From an uncultured Actinomycetes bacterium (GTDB taxonomy: Bacteria > Actinomycetota > JAICYB01), in the NCBI GenBank assembly GCA_964520325.1, contig CAZFOB010000017.1:1898-65897 (forward strand): DNA of 64,000 nt, in the 5' to 3' direction. Positions 26,720 to 39,467 of the stretch are shown here, piece after piece (positions within the stretch are counted from its first letter, which is position 1; each line of letters opens with the position of its first letter). Position numbers and translations under genes: made by a program. The notes below the pieces were generated by a model. It was not told where the DNA came from, did no database searches, and was given only the letters and a program-made list of their open reading frames with translations.

Positions 26720-27904
26720 GTGCACTACCTCGATTACGCCGCCACGGCCCCGGTCCTTCCCGAAGTCCGGGAGGCGATGCTTCCGTACCTCGACGAGCGG
26801 TGGGGAAACCCGTCGAGCATCTACGCGACCGGTCGCGAAGCTCGCAAGGGGATCGACGAGTCCCGTGAGAAGCTCGCGCTCGCGATCGGCTGCGCGCCCG
26901 AGGAGATCGTCTTCACCGGGAGCGGCACGGAGGCCGGCAACCTTGCCGTCAAAGGAACGGCGTGGGCGCAAGGAAGCAGGGGCCGACACATCTTGTTGAC
27001 GAAGATCGAGCACCACGCCGTGCTCGATGCGTCCGAGTGGCTGGCAACTCAGGGGTTCGACATCGAGTTCCTCCCAGTGGACGGGACGGGCCTCGTCTCA
27101 CCGCGAGCCGTCAGCGAGCGTCTCCGCGACGACACGATCCTCGTTGCGCTCATGCTTGCCAACAACGAGATCGGCACGATCGAACCCGTCGCCGAGGTGG
27201 CGGCCATCTGCCGCGAGCGCGGCGTGCTCACGTTCACCGATGCGGTACAGGCACTCGGCAAGATCCATGTGGACGTCCGCGCGCTCGGCGTCGATCTTGC
27301 AGCCTTCTCCGCGCACAAGATCGGCGGACCGAAAGGGACGGGCGCGCTCTACGTGCGGCGCGGTGTGAAGCTCGTGCCGCACACCCACGGCGGCGGCCAG
27401 GAACGCGGACGCCGTTCGGGCACCGAGAACCCCGCCGGCGTGGTGGGTTTCGCGACGGCCGCCGAGATCGTGACGCACGAGCTCGAGATGCAAGCACCTC
27501 GATGGACGGCGTTACGCGACCGGCTGTGGGACGGACTGCGCGAGCGCATCTCAGACGTTCGGCTGAACGGGGCCGGGATCGTTGGAGCGCAACGGCTCCC
27601 GCACAACCTCAACGTTTCGGTGCGCGGCGTGGTCGGCGAAGACATCCTGCTGATGCTCGATGCGGTAGGCGTCTGCGCATCGACCGGTTCGGCCTGCCAG
27701 TCGGGATCGGTCGAGTCTTCGTACGTGCTCGGTGCGTGCGGCGTCGAGCGGAAGTGGGCCGAGGGTGCGCTCCGCTTCACCGTCGGACGCGAGAGCAGCG
27801 ACGCGGACGTGGACGCAGTGCTCGACGCTCTTCCTCCGATCGTCGACCGCATGCGGGCTTTCTCGACGGGGCGCCATTCGGCGCATCCGGGCGCGCGTCG
27901 CTGA
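26720..27904 (+). CDS. Cysteine desulfurase (IscS/NifS family, class V PLP enzyme)
   Basis: PLP-lysine region SAHKIGGPKG. Active-site Cys loop GSACQSGS. GTG start. Confidence 0.85.
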   Translation: MHYLDYAATAPVLPEVREAMLPYLDERWGNPSSIYATGREARKGIDESREKLALAIGCAPEEIVFTGSGTEAGNLAVKGTAWAQGSRGRHILLTKIEHHAVLDASEWLATQGFDIEFLPVDGTGLVSPRAVSERLRDDTILVALMLANNEIGTIEPVAEVAAICRERGVLTFTDAVQALGKIHVDVRALGVDLAAFSAHKIGGPKGTGALYVRRGVKLVPHTHGGGQERGRRSGTENPAGVVGFATAAEIVTHELEMQAPRWTALRDRLWDGLRERISDVRLNGAGIVGAQRLPHNLNVSVRGVVGEDILLMLDAVGVCASTGSACQSGSVESSYVLGACGVERKWAEGALRFTVGRESSDADVDAVLDALPPIVDRMRAFSTGRHSAHPGARR

Positions 27905-27906
27905 CG

Positions 27907-28962
27907 ATGGCTCGTTTGCTCGCCGCCATGTCGGGCGGCGTCGACTCCTCGGTGGCCACGGCGCTCGCCATCGAGGCAGGCCACGAGGTCGTTGGCGCCA
28001 CGCTCAAACAATGGGAGTTCCCGGACGAGGAAACGCGACTGTCGAAGGGGTGCTCGACACTCGATGCGGTCGCCGACGCGCGCCGGGCCGCCGACGTTCT
28101 GCGGATCCCGCATTACACCTTCGACTTCCGCGAGGTCTTCAACCGCGAAGTGGTCGAGCCCTTCATCGACGATTACGCCAACGGCCTCACACCGAACCCG
28201 TGCGTTCGGTGCAACGAGCGCGTCCGATTCGGTGAGCTCGCGGACAAGGCCGAGATGCTCGGTTTCGACGGTTTGATCACCGGCCACTATGCGCGGATCG
28301 CCGATGGACGTCTGTTTCGTGCGAACAACCGCGACAAGGATCAGAGCTATGTGCTCTATGCGATCGGTCGCAAGGCCCTCGACCACGCGCACTTCCCGCT
28401 CGGCGAGATCACGTCGAAGTCGGACGTCCGCGAGATCGCTCGTACGCTCGGCCTCGGCAACGCCGATCGCGAGGACTCGCTCGAGGTGTGCTTCGTCGGC
28501 GAGGGCAAACGGCCTGGGGATGTCGTCGGTGAGCGTGTACCCGTCGCTGTACGCAGCGGGCCGATCGTCGATGCGACAGGCGAGGTCATCGGAGAACATC
28601 GGGGCCTCGCGTACTACACGGTGGGTCAGCGACGGGGGCTTCTTGGGGACGGCACTCGCCGCTATGTGACCGAGATCGACCCTTCTCGCAACGCCCTCAT
28701 GGTGGACGTCTCGCCTCACGAGTCGACCTTCCTGGAAGCCATGCGTCCGCGATTCTTCGGGTCGATCCCATCCGACGGAAGCGTTGTCGGTGCCGTCGTC
28801 CGGTATCGCGCGGACGAGGTGCCCGCGGTCATCCACGCGACCGCCGACGGCTTTTCGCTCGACTTCGAGCATGGTGTGCGAGCGGTTGCGCCCGGACAGG
28901 CCGTCGTCCTGTACGACGGCGACGAAGTGATCGGCGGCGGGACGATCGCGCGTGCGCAGTAG
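27907..28962 (+). CDS. mnmA: tRNA-specific 2-thiouridylase
   Basis: PP-loop SGGVDSS. MnmA-wide similarity. Immediately downstream of the cysteine desulfurase. Confidence 0.9.
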   Translation: MARLLAAMSGGVDSSVATALAIEAGHEVVGATLKQWEFPDEETRLSKGCSTLDAVADARRAADVLRIPHYTFDFREVFNREVVEPFIDDYANGLTPNPCVRCNERVRFGELADKAEMLGFDGLITGHYARIADGRLFRANNRDKDQSYVLYAIGRKALDHAHFPLGEITSKSDVREIARTLGLGNADREDSLEVCFVGEGKRPGDVVGERVPVAVRSGPIVDATGEVIGEHRGLAYYTVGQRRGLLGDGTRRYVTEIDPSRNALMVDVSPHESTFLEAMRPRFFGSIPSDGSVVGAVVRYRADEVPAVIHATADGFSLDFEHGVRAVAPGQAVVLYDGDEVIGGGTIARAQ

Positions 28963-28999
28963 AGCGCGCGCGCGACGATCGCGCTCGAGGCGGACCCCC

Positions 29000-31998
<2,999 letters not shown>

Positions 31999-32036
31999 AC
32001 TCCCTCGCCGCTCTCCGGAGTCGCTACGCTCCATCC

Positions 32037-32333
32037 GTGGCCATTTCACGCGAGGACGTCGAACATGTCGCGCGTCTTGCGCGGCTCGAGCTCACCGATG
32101 CGGAGATCGAGATGTTTCGGGGGCAGCTCTCGGCCGTCCTTGAGCGTGCCGAGCGCATCCAGGCCCTCGATCTCGACGACGTCCCGCCGACGCAGCATCC
32201 GGTCGAGCTCATCAACGTGTGGCGCGAGGACGAAGTCGTCGCGTTCACGGATACCAAGGCGATCCTCGACAACGCGCCCGCGACCGAGGACGGCAAAGTG
32301 CGCGTGCCGCAGATCCTCGAGGACTCCGAGTAA
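32037..32333 (+). CDS. gatC: Asp-tRNA(Asn)/Glu-tRNA(Gln) amidotransferase subunit C
   Basis: 98 aa, GatC-like (VEHVARLARLELTDAE…). GTG start. Confidence 0.85.
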   Translation: MAISREDVEHVARLARLELTDAEIEMFRGQLSAVLERAERIQALDLDDVPPTQHPVELINVWREDEVVAFTDTKAILDNAPATEDGKVRVPQILEDSE

Positions 32334-32336
32334 CCC

Positions 32337-33830
32337 GTGGCCGGCGAGCTCTGGCGCCGGACGGCGTCCGATCTCATCCCGCTCCTCGAGCGCAAGGAGA
32401 TCAAGGCGGCCGAGATCGCCGAGTCGGTGCTCGAGCGCATCGAAGCCGTCGAACCGACGCTGAACGCGTTCATCTCCCGCACTGGTGAGGCGATCGTCAG
32501 GCACGGCAAGCGCGTGGACGAGGATCGCGCGTCGGGGGCCGAGCTCGCGCCTCTCGCCGGGATCCCCATCGGCGTCAAGGACATCTTCTGCACGAAGGGC
32601 ATCCGGACCACGGCCGGCTCGAAGATCCTCGACAACTACAAGCCGCCCTACGACTCGACGGTGTGGAGCCTGCTCAAGGAGCAACGCGCGCTCCTCGTCG
32701 GCAAGACGAACCTCGACGAGTTCGCTATGGGTTCGTCCACGGAGAACTCCGCATTCGGGGTGACCAAGAATCCGTGGGACATCACCAAGGTGCCCGGGGG
32801 TTCGTCCGGCGGCTCGGCTGCGGCTGTGGCAGCGGGGATGGGCCCGCTCGCGATCGGCACCGACACGGGCGGTTCGATCCGTCAGCCCGCGAGCTTGTGT
32901 GGTGTCGTCGGCCTGCGGCCGACCTACGGTCTGTGCTCGCGGTACGGGATGGTCGCCTTCGCGTCGTCGCTCGACCAAGCCGGGCCGTTCTCGCGCTCCG
33001 TTCGCGACGCTGCGCTGCTTCTTCAAGCTTTCGCCAAGCACGACCCGCGTGACTCCACGTCGATCCCCGGCGACCGTCCCGACTACGTCGGTGCCCTCGG
33101 GCGACCCATCGATGGGATGCGATTCGGCGTGCCGATCGAGCTGCTCGCTCCGGGCACGCAGCTAGGCGTGCGCGAGAAGTTCGAGGCCGCGATCGCGACC
33201 ATCGAACGCTTGGGCGGCGCGGTCGAGGAGGTGTCGCTCCCGTCGTTTCGGTACGGGCTCGATGCCTACTACCTGATCGCCCCAGCCGAGGCGTCGAGCA
33301 ATCTCGCGCGGTACGACGGCACCCGATACGGGCTCCGCCTCGACGCGGCCGACGTCCAGAGGATGAATCGTGCGACACGTGAGGACGGTTTCGGGGCCGA
33401 AGTGAAACGACGGATCCTGCTCGGGACGTATGCGCTGTCGTCCGGCTACTACGACGCGTGGTACGGACGCGCGCTCAAGCTCCGGACGCAGATCGTGCGG
33501 GACTTCGAGCGCGCGTTCGAAACCGTCGACCTGCTCGTCTCGCCGACGTCTCCGACGACCGCCTTCGGGATCGGGGAGAGGATCGACGATCCGCTCCAGA
33601 TGTACCTGTCGGACGTGTGCACGATCCCGACCAATCTGGCCGGCTCGTGTGCGATCTCCATCCCGTGCGGGCTCGCGTCCGAGGACGGACTCCCCGTCGG
33701 CCTGCACATCATGGGAGCCCCGCTTACCGAAGCGACGATCTTCCGGGCCGCGCACGCGCTGGAGGCCGAACTCGCCTTCGACGGATCCGCGGCCTTCGGT
33801 GAGCTTTCGGTCAGTTCGGGCGAGGTCTGA
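32337..33830 (+). CDS. gatA: Glutamyl-tRNA(Gln) amidotransferase subunit A
   Basis: Amidase signature GGSSGGSAAAVAAG. GatA-wide similarity. Confidence 0.9.
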   Translation: MAGELWRRTASDLIPLLERKEIKAAEIAESVLERIEAVEPTLNAFISRTGEAIVRHGKRVDEDRASGAELAPLAGIPIGVKDIFCTKGIRTTAGSKILDNYKPPYDSTVWSLLKEQRALLVGKTNLDEFAMGSSTENSAFGVTKNPWDITKVPGGSSGGSAAAVAAGMGPLAIGTDTGGSIRQPASLCGVVGLRPTYGLCSRYGMVAFASSLDQAGPFSRSVRDAALLLQAFAKHDPRDSTSIPGDRPDYVGALGRPIDGMRFGVPIELLAPGTQLGVREKFEAAIATIERLGGAVEEVSLPSFRYGLDAYYLIAPAEASSNLARYDGTRYGLRLDAADVQRMNRATREDGFGAEVKRRILLGTYALSSGYYDAWYGRALKLRTQIVRDFERAFETVDLLVSPTSPTTAFGIGERIDDPLQMYLSDVCTIPTNLAGSCAISIPCGLASEDGLPVGLHIMGAPLTEATIFRAAHALEAELAFDGSAAFGELSVSSGEV

Positions 33831-35137
33831 TGCCGCGCGCCGCACGCTCGCTCACAACGGCATTTCCCATCGAGCGATTCGCGCTCAAGAACGGTCTGCG
33901 CGTGATCGTGAGTCCCGATAGGACGTCTCCGACCGTTACCGTCGCAGCTGTGTACGACGTCGGGTTCCGGTCCGAACCGGAGGGACGAACCGGCTTCGCT
34001 CATCTGTTCGAGCACCTGATGTTTCAGGGTTCGAAGAACCTGGCCAAGCTCGAGCACGACAGGTTGATCGAGGGCAACGGCGGATCGATGAACGGCTTCA
34101 CACGCTACGACACCACTGTGTATTTCGAGACGCTTCCGTCCAACGCTCTCGAGATCGCGCTCTTCTGCGAGGCCGATCGCATGGACGAGATCCAGCTGAC
34201 CGAGGAGAACCTCCAGAACCAGATCGACGTTGTGAAGGAAGAGATCAAGCTCAACGTGAAGAATCGAGCGTACGGCGGATTCCCGTGGCTGCATCTGCCG
34301 GCCGTGATGTTCGATACCTTCCCGAACGCACACGACGGCTACGGATCGTTCAAAGACCTCGAGGCTGCGACAACGGAGGATGCCGCCACCTTCTTCGAGA
34401 CGTTCTACGCTCCCGGCAACGCCGTTCTCGTCGTCGCCGGAGACGTCGATGCGGACGAGGTCCACGCACTCGTCGAGCGGCACTTCAGCCAGATCCCGGA
34501 GCGAGCAGTTCCACCATCACGTGACTTCGGCGAACCGTTGCCGACATCAGAGCGACGGGAGTCTCGTGTCGATCCACTCGCCCCGCTACCCGCCATCGCG
34601 CTCGGCTATCGCGTCCCCCATCCGTTCAGCGGATTCAACGAATTTCTCGCGTCGGTCGTGCTGGCCTCCGTGCTCGGCGACGGCCCGGCCTCACGTCTAT
34701 ACGAGCGGTTGGTGAAGAAGGAGCGTCTGGCCACGCAGATCGGGTCATACGTCTCGGAGTTCGGTGGGTGGCTCACCACGCGCGACCCGACGATGCTCGA
34801 GATCCTGTCCTATTACCCCGACGAGAGTTCCACAGAGACGATCATCAAGACCATCGATGAAGAGATCGATCGGGTCGGCTCGGATCTGACCCTCGAGGAG
34901 CTCGAGCGCGTGACGAGCTCGCTCGTGTCCGAGTCGCTCCAGGCCAACGACGATCTGGACACACGCGCGATCGACATGGCGATCCTCGAGCAGCAGCGGG
35001 GCAGAGCCGAGTTGATCAACGAAGTGCCGGCACTGTTCGCAGCGCTCACGCCGACCGATGTCGCCGAGGTGGCCGGCGGATGGATCCGTCCCGATCGCCG
35101 GGCCGTGCTCGAATGGAAACCGGGGTCCTCAAAGTGA
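33830..35137 (+). CDS. M16 family (insulinase/pitrilysin-like) zinc peptidase
   Basis: Inverted zinc motif HLFEHLMF (HxxEH). Confidence 0.8.
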   Translation: MPRAARSLTTAFPIERFALKNGLRVIVSPDRTSPTVTVAAVYDVGFRSEPEGRTGFAHLFEHLMFQGSKNLAKLEHDRLIEGNGGSMNGFTRYDTTVYFETLPSNALEIALFCEADRMDEIQLTEENLQNQIDVVKEEIKLNVKNRAYGGFPWLHLPAVMFDTFPNAHDGYGSFKDLEAATTEDAATFFETFYAPGNAVLVVAGDVDADEVHALVERHFSQIPERAVPPSRDFGEPLPTSERRESRVDPLAPLPAIALGYRVPHPFSGFNEFLASVVLASVLGDGPASRLYERLVKKERLATQIGSYVSEFGGWLTTRDPTMLEILSYYPDESSTETIIKTIDEEIDRVGSDLTLEELERVTSSLVSESLQANDDLDTRAIDMAILEQQRGRAELINEVPALFAALTPTDVAEVAGGWIRPDRRAVLEWKPGSSK

Positions 35138-36471
35138 CCGAGGCCGCCACGGTCGTGCCGGCGCTCGGGAAGCCGCGTCCGCTCAAAGCACCGAAGATCG
35201 CGGAGGGCAAGCTCTCGAACGGACTGCGTGTGCTGGTCGTGCGCAAACCGAGCGTTCCGCGCGTTGAGACACGCATGTTCCTTCCCGCTCACGGGCCCGC
35301 TCACGGGAAGGGCAACCGCGCCGCCGACCGAGTACTGAACGCCACGTTCACTGCGGGCACGGCCACGTTGACGAGTCACCAGATAGCGCAAGAGCTGCAG
35401 GGTCTCGGCGCGTCACTTCGCGCAGGTATCGACAGCGATCACCTCCACGTCGGCGGCTCTGTGCTCTCGACGAACATGAAGCGATACTTCGGCCTGATGG
35501 CAGAGGTACTCACCGACTCCACTCATCCGCCCGACGAGATCGCGATCGCCCGCGACCGTGTCGTTGTCGGCGTTGCGATCCAGCGCGCGCAGCCCGAGGT
35601 CGTGGCTCAGGAGGCGCTGCTTCGCCGCCTCTTCGGCCGCCATCCCTACGGTGATGGGCTCCCCGAACCTGAGGCCGTCGCGAAGGTCGGACGAGCCGTC
35701 GTCCGCAACCGGTTCGTGGACCTCGCGGTCCCGCGCGGCGGAGTGCTCGTGCTCGTCGGTGACGTCGATCCCATCAAGGCGATCGATCTGGTCGGTGATG
35801 CGCTTTCGAGATGGAAGGGAAAACGCTCGGCCACCACCGTGCCCCCGCCGCCATTCGCAGCCGGTCCGACGTTGATCGTCGATCGTCCGGACGCGCTTCA
35901 GACGAACATCTGCATCGCCGGGGCCGCGCCGCCGCCCGATGCGCACGATGCCGCCGCATTCTCCGTCGCGAACACGATCTTCGGTGGCTACTTCATCTCG
36001 CGGTTCGTGGAGAACCTTCGTGAACGCAACGGCTACACCTATTCGGCGTATAGCGGGATCGTGAACAGACAGCTCGCGTCCTACGTCCAGATCTCCGCGG
36101 ACGTCGGAACCGAGGTCACTGCACCGGCGCTCGTGGAGACGAGCTACGAGCTCGGCCGCATGGTCGCGAAGGACGTCGAAGACAAGGAGCTGGGCAACGC
36201 CAAGCGCTATCTCAACGGCATCCTTTCGACCCGCACGCAGACCCAAGCTGGTCTCGCGTCGACCCTGTCGGCCATCGTGATGCACGGGCTCGGCATCGAC
36301 TATCTCCGCGATCAGCCTCGCAAGGTGGCGGCCGTCACCGTCGACGACGTCCGTGAGGTGAGCCGCCGCTACTTCGCACCGTCCAAGCTCGTCACCGTCC
36401 TTGTCGGCGACGCGTCACGTATCGCAGACGACGTCGCCACGCTCGGTGACGTCCGGATCGACTCGGCGTAG
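35113..36471 (+). CDS. M16 family peptidase, non-catalytic partner subunit (no HxxEH)
   Basis: M16 fold similarity without the zinc motif. Alternative GTG start at 35134 overlaps the upstream stop. Confidence 0.7.
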   Translation: METGVLKVTEAATVVPALGKPRPLKAPKIAEGKLSNGLRVLVVRKPSVPRVETRMFLPAHGPAHGKGNRAADRVLNATFTAGTATLTSHQIAQELQGLGASLRAGIDSDHLHVGGSVLSTNMKRYFGLMAEVLTDSTHPPDEIAIARDRVVVGVAIQRAQPEVVAQEALLRRLFGRHPYGDGLPEPEAVAKVGRAVVRNRFVDLAVPRGGVLVLVGDVDPIKAIDLVGDALSRWKGKRSATTVPPPPFAAGPTLIVDRPDALQTNICIAGAAPPPDAHDAAAFSVANTIFGGYFISRFVENLRERNGYTYSAYSGIVNRQLASYVQISADVGTEVTAPALVETSYELGRMVAKDVEDKELGNAKRYLNGILSTRTQTQAGLASTLSAIVMHGLGIDYLRDQPRKVAAVTVDDVREVSRRYFAPSKLVTVLVGDASRIADDVATLGDVRIDSA

Positions 36472-36478
36472 CCGTCGC

Positions 36479-38587
36479 ATGAGGCTCTTCCGCCGCAAGC
36501 TCTGGGGTGACCGCGCTCTGTGGATCTTCGTTCTGGCCGCGTGGGGCGCGGTCATCAACCAATGGGTCACGCGCGGTGGTCAGTCCCGGCTCCTCATCCT
36601 CATCGTGTGGAGCCTGTTCGTTTTCGCGCTGGCGGGTTACAGCGAATTCCGGATCGGACGCAAACTGCTGCGCCGCGGCAAGGACGCGATGTTCCTCGGT
36701 CTTGCGGCCTTCGTCGGTGAGGAACGCGTCGAGCCCGGCGGCGATCGCGTGCGCGGTTGGACGGGAGCGGCTGCCGGTGCACTTGCCTTCGAGCCGCAGG
36801 GCATCCGCTGGGTCCCGCGTCGGGTCGACGACGAACCACCGGAGATGTCGTTTCCGTGGAGCGACGTGTACTCGTGGCGGTTCGGCGGTGTGGTCCCGTT
36901 GGTGAGGCGTGCGTCCGGTTACCTGCTCATCTCGCTCTACGGAGGGCGCGAGCTCGTCTTCCATATCCACGGTGTGCGCTCATGGCGGCGGGCGGTTCGC
37001 GAAGCGGCGATCGTCGGACCGACTCTGCTCGTCCGGGCCTCCAGTGCCGAAGCGGTGAACGTGGCGACGCCGGCTCGCGTTACCGTGTCGAAAGACGACG
37101 TGCAATCACCAGACGAAACCGGTCCAGACCTCGAGGCGGTGATTGGGCTCGAGTGTCACGTGGAGCTTTCGACCGCATCGAAGATGTTCTGTGCGTGCGC
37201 CACGACATTCGGTGCCGATCCCAACACGCAGATCTGTCCGGTATGCACGGGTCAACCCGGAACTCTTCCGGTTCCCAACCGGCGGGCGGTCGAGCACACG
37301 ATCAGGATCGCGCTCGCGTTGCACGCACAGATCGCGCCGTCATCGACCTTCCACAGGAAGAACTACTTCTATCCGGACATGCCGAAGAACTACCAGATCT
37401 CCCAGTACGACGTGCCGCTCGCGTCGGGTGGCTACCTCGAGTACGAACGCGACGGCGAGCTGAAACGCACGCTGATGACGCGCGTCCACATGGAGGAGGA
37501 CACAGGCAAGACCACCCACGCCGGAGCGGGCGGACGCATAGGTGAAGCCGACTACGCACTCGTCGACTACAACCGTGCCGGCATCCCCCTCGTCGAGATC
37601 GTCAGCGAACCCGTCATCGAATCACCCGAGGACGCCCGCGCATATCTCGCGGAGCTGCGCACCCTGCTGCTCACGCTCGGTGTCTCCGACGTCCGGATGG
37701 AAGAGGGATCGCTGCGCTGCGACGCCAACGTCTCGGTACGTCCGCGTGGGACGACTGAGCTCGGCACCAAGACCGAGGTCAAGAACGTGAACTCGCTGCG
37801 TTCGGTGCAGCGCGCGCTCGAATACGAGATCGAGCGGCAGATGGGGCTTGTGCGCGCGGGCAAGCCCGTCGTCCAGGAGACCCGCCACTTCGACGAGAAC
37901 ACCGGGAGGACCATCTCGGGACGATCGAAGGAAGGCTCGGCCGACTACCGCTACTTCAACGATCCCGATCTCGTCCCGCTCGAGCCGACCAACGAGCTCA
38001 TCGAGCAGATCAGGGCCGATCTCCCCGAGCTCCCGAGCCACCGCCGTCACCGGCTGGTGGCCGACCACGGGCTGTCGGACGCCGACGCGCGCACGCTCGT
38101 CGGTGAGCCCGGCCTGGCCGGCGCCTACGAGGACGCCCAGCGGATCTACGGGGGCGCGGGAGCCAACATCGCCCGTTGGTACCTCGGGGAGCTTTCCCAG
38201 CTCGGCAATGAACGGGGTACGGATGCCCATCTGGTCGGCGTCTCGCCCGAGCGTGTGGCCGAGCTGCAACGCCTCGTCGACGACGGCACGATCTCGATCT
38301 CGCTGGCCAAGGGCGATGTGCTCCGCAAGGTCGTCGAGACCGGCAGGGCGCCGGCCGAGATCGTCGAGGACGCGGGACTCGCTCAGATATCAGATGAAGG
38401 TGAGCTCACTGCGATCGTGGACGAGGTCATCGCCGCCAACGCGGACATCGCCGATCAGGTCAGGGGCGGCAAGGGGGGCGCCGCGAACGCCCTGGTCGGA
38501 GCCGTGATGAAGGCGACGATGGGCCAGGCCAACGCCCAGGTCGTCCAGCAGCTGCTCGCCGATCGGCTCCAGCCTCCACCGGCGTAG
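36479..38587 (+). CDS. gatB: Asp/Glu-tRNA amidotransferase subunit B with an in-frame N-terminal about 210-aa membrane + bPH-like domain
   Basis: The GatB core begins at LEAVIGLECHVELSTASKMFC (about 37128). No stop separates it from the upstream TM/PH-like region (WIFVLAAWGAVINQWV…, LLILIVWSLFVFALAGY…). A GatB-only internal GTG exists at 37100. Confidence 0.6.
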   Translation: MRLFRRKLWGDRALWIFVLAAWGAVINQWVTRGGQSRLLILIVWSLFVFALAGYSEFRIGRKLLRRGKDAMFLGLAAFVGEERVEPGGDRVRGWTGAAAGALAFEPQGIRWVPRRVDDEPPEMSFPWSDVYSWRFGGVVPLVRRASGYLLISLYGGRELVFHIHGVRSWRRAVREAAIVGPTLLVRASSAEAVNVATPARVTVSKDDVQSPDETGPDLEAVIGLECHVELSTASKMFCACATTFGADPNTQICPVCTGQPGTLPVPNRRAVEHTIRIALALHAQIAPSSTFHRKNYFYPDMPKNYQISQYDVPLASGGYLEYERDGELKRTLMTRVHMEEDTGKTTHAGAGGRIGEADYALVDYNRAGIPLVEIVSEPVIESPEDARAYLAELRTLLLTLGVSDVRMEEGSLRCDANVSVRPRGTTELGTKTEVKNVNSLRSVQRALEYEIERQMGLVRAGKPVVQETRHFDENTGRTISGRSKEGSADYRYFNDPDLVPLEPTNELIEQIRADLPELPSHRRHRLVADHGLSDADARTLVGEPGLAGAYEDAQRIYGGAGANIARWYLGELSQLGNERGTDAHLVGVSPERVAELQRLVDDGTISISLAKGDVLRKVVETGRAPAEIVEDAGLAQISDEGELTAIVDEVIAANADIADQVRGGKGGAANALVGAVMKATMGQANAQVVQQLLADRLQPPPA

Positions 38588-38644
38588 AGCCGCCTGGCCG
38601 TCCGACTGAAAGGTTTTCGGCCCCAGCACGTACTTATGGGTAGC

Positions 38645-38692
38645 AGCGCCCACAGAAGTCAGTTGGGGGTGGGCGCTGGGGGTTTGTTTGTT
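38645..38692 (+). terminator. Rho-independent terminator after gatB
   Basis: Stem AGCGCCCAC / GTGGGCGCT with a 15-nt loop, then GGGGGTTTGTTTGTT. Confidence 0.55.
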
Positions 38693-38828
38693 ACGTGTTC
38701 CACCCGGGGCCCTCCCCGCCAGATCCCGAGGCCCCGTTGACAGCGCCTCGGCAATTGCCGGGGCGCTGTCCTTTCGGAGACGAACAAGGCGACGGCGGCG
38801 CTTCGGCACGCTATGTTCGCGTCCTGAT

Positions 38829-39377
38829 ATGGCGACGCATGTGGCGCTGCTTCGGGGGATCAACGTTGGGCGGGCCAAGCGCGTGGGCATGGAAGACCTG
38901 CGCGGTGTGTTCGCGGGTCTCGGCTACGCCGACGTGCGCACGCTGCTCAATTCCGGCAATGTCGTCTTCACTGCCTCCCGGCGGCCGGCTCCAAACGCTA
39001 CGGCGAAGCTCGAAGCGGGGCTGCTTTCACGCACGGGGGTCTCTGCACGCATCACTCTGCTTTCGTCTGATGAGCTCACCGATGCGTTCGACGACTGCCC
39101 TCTTCTTTCCATCGCGACAGACCCGACACGGCTGCAAGTTGCCGTACCATCTGCGGCCCCCGCTATGAAGCGACTGCGCCCTTTCGACGGAAAGGATTGG
39201 ACGCCCGAGGCTCTCGCCCTCGGCAAACGCGTGGCGTACCTCTGGTGCCCGGACGGTGTGATCGCCAGCCGACTCTCGAAGGCGGTCGGTGACGAGCTCG
39301 GCGACGCGGTGACTACGCGGAACTGGGCAACCGTGACGAAACTCGTTGCCGCCGTCGGTTCCGTGAGTCCCGGCTAA
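38829..39377 (+). CDS. DUF1697 family protein
   Basis: N-terminus MATHVALLRGINVGRAKRV… is characteristic of DUF1697. Confidence 0.6.
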   Translation: MATHVALLRGINVGRAKRVGMEDLRGVFAGLGYADVRTLLNSGNVVFTASRRPAPNATAKLEAGLLSRTGVSARITLLSSDELTDAFDDCPLLSIATDPTRLQVAVPSAAPAMKRLRPFDGKDWTPEALALGKRVAYLWCPDGVIASRLSKAVGDELGDAVTTRNWATVTKLVAAVGSVSPG

Positions 39378-39467
39378 CTTCGATTTCGCGTTGGCCCGAG
39401 TCCGGCGCAACTGCGGTTTGGGGCCTATATCCCGCCGCTTTAACGGGAGCCGTATCCTGGGCAGCCA

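Noticed and set aside
36401-36478. Start of the gatB-fusion ORF at 36401 (MSATRHVSQTT…).
   Set aside because: This stretch overlaps the 3' end of the M16 gene in another frame. The ATG at 36479 lies 7 nt after the M16 stop and begins the hydrophobic N-terminus.
38693-38828. GC-rich hairpins and a TTGACA hexamer between the gatB terminator and the DUF1697 gene as a riboswitch or sRNA.
   Set aside because: No recognisable riboswitch core. No -10 element at proper spacing from TTGACA. Such hairpins are common in high-GC intergenic DNA.
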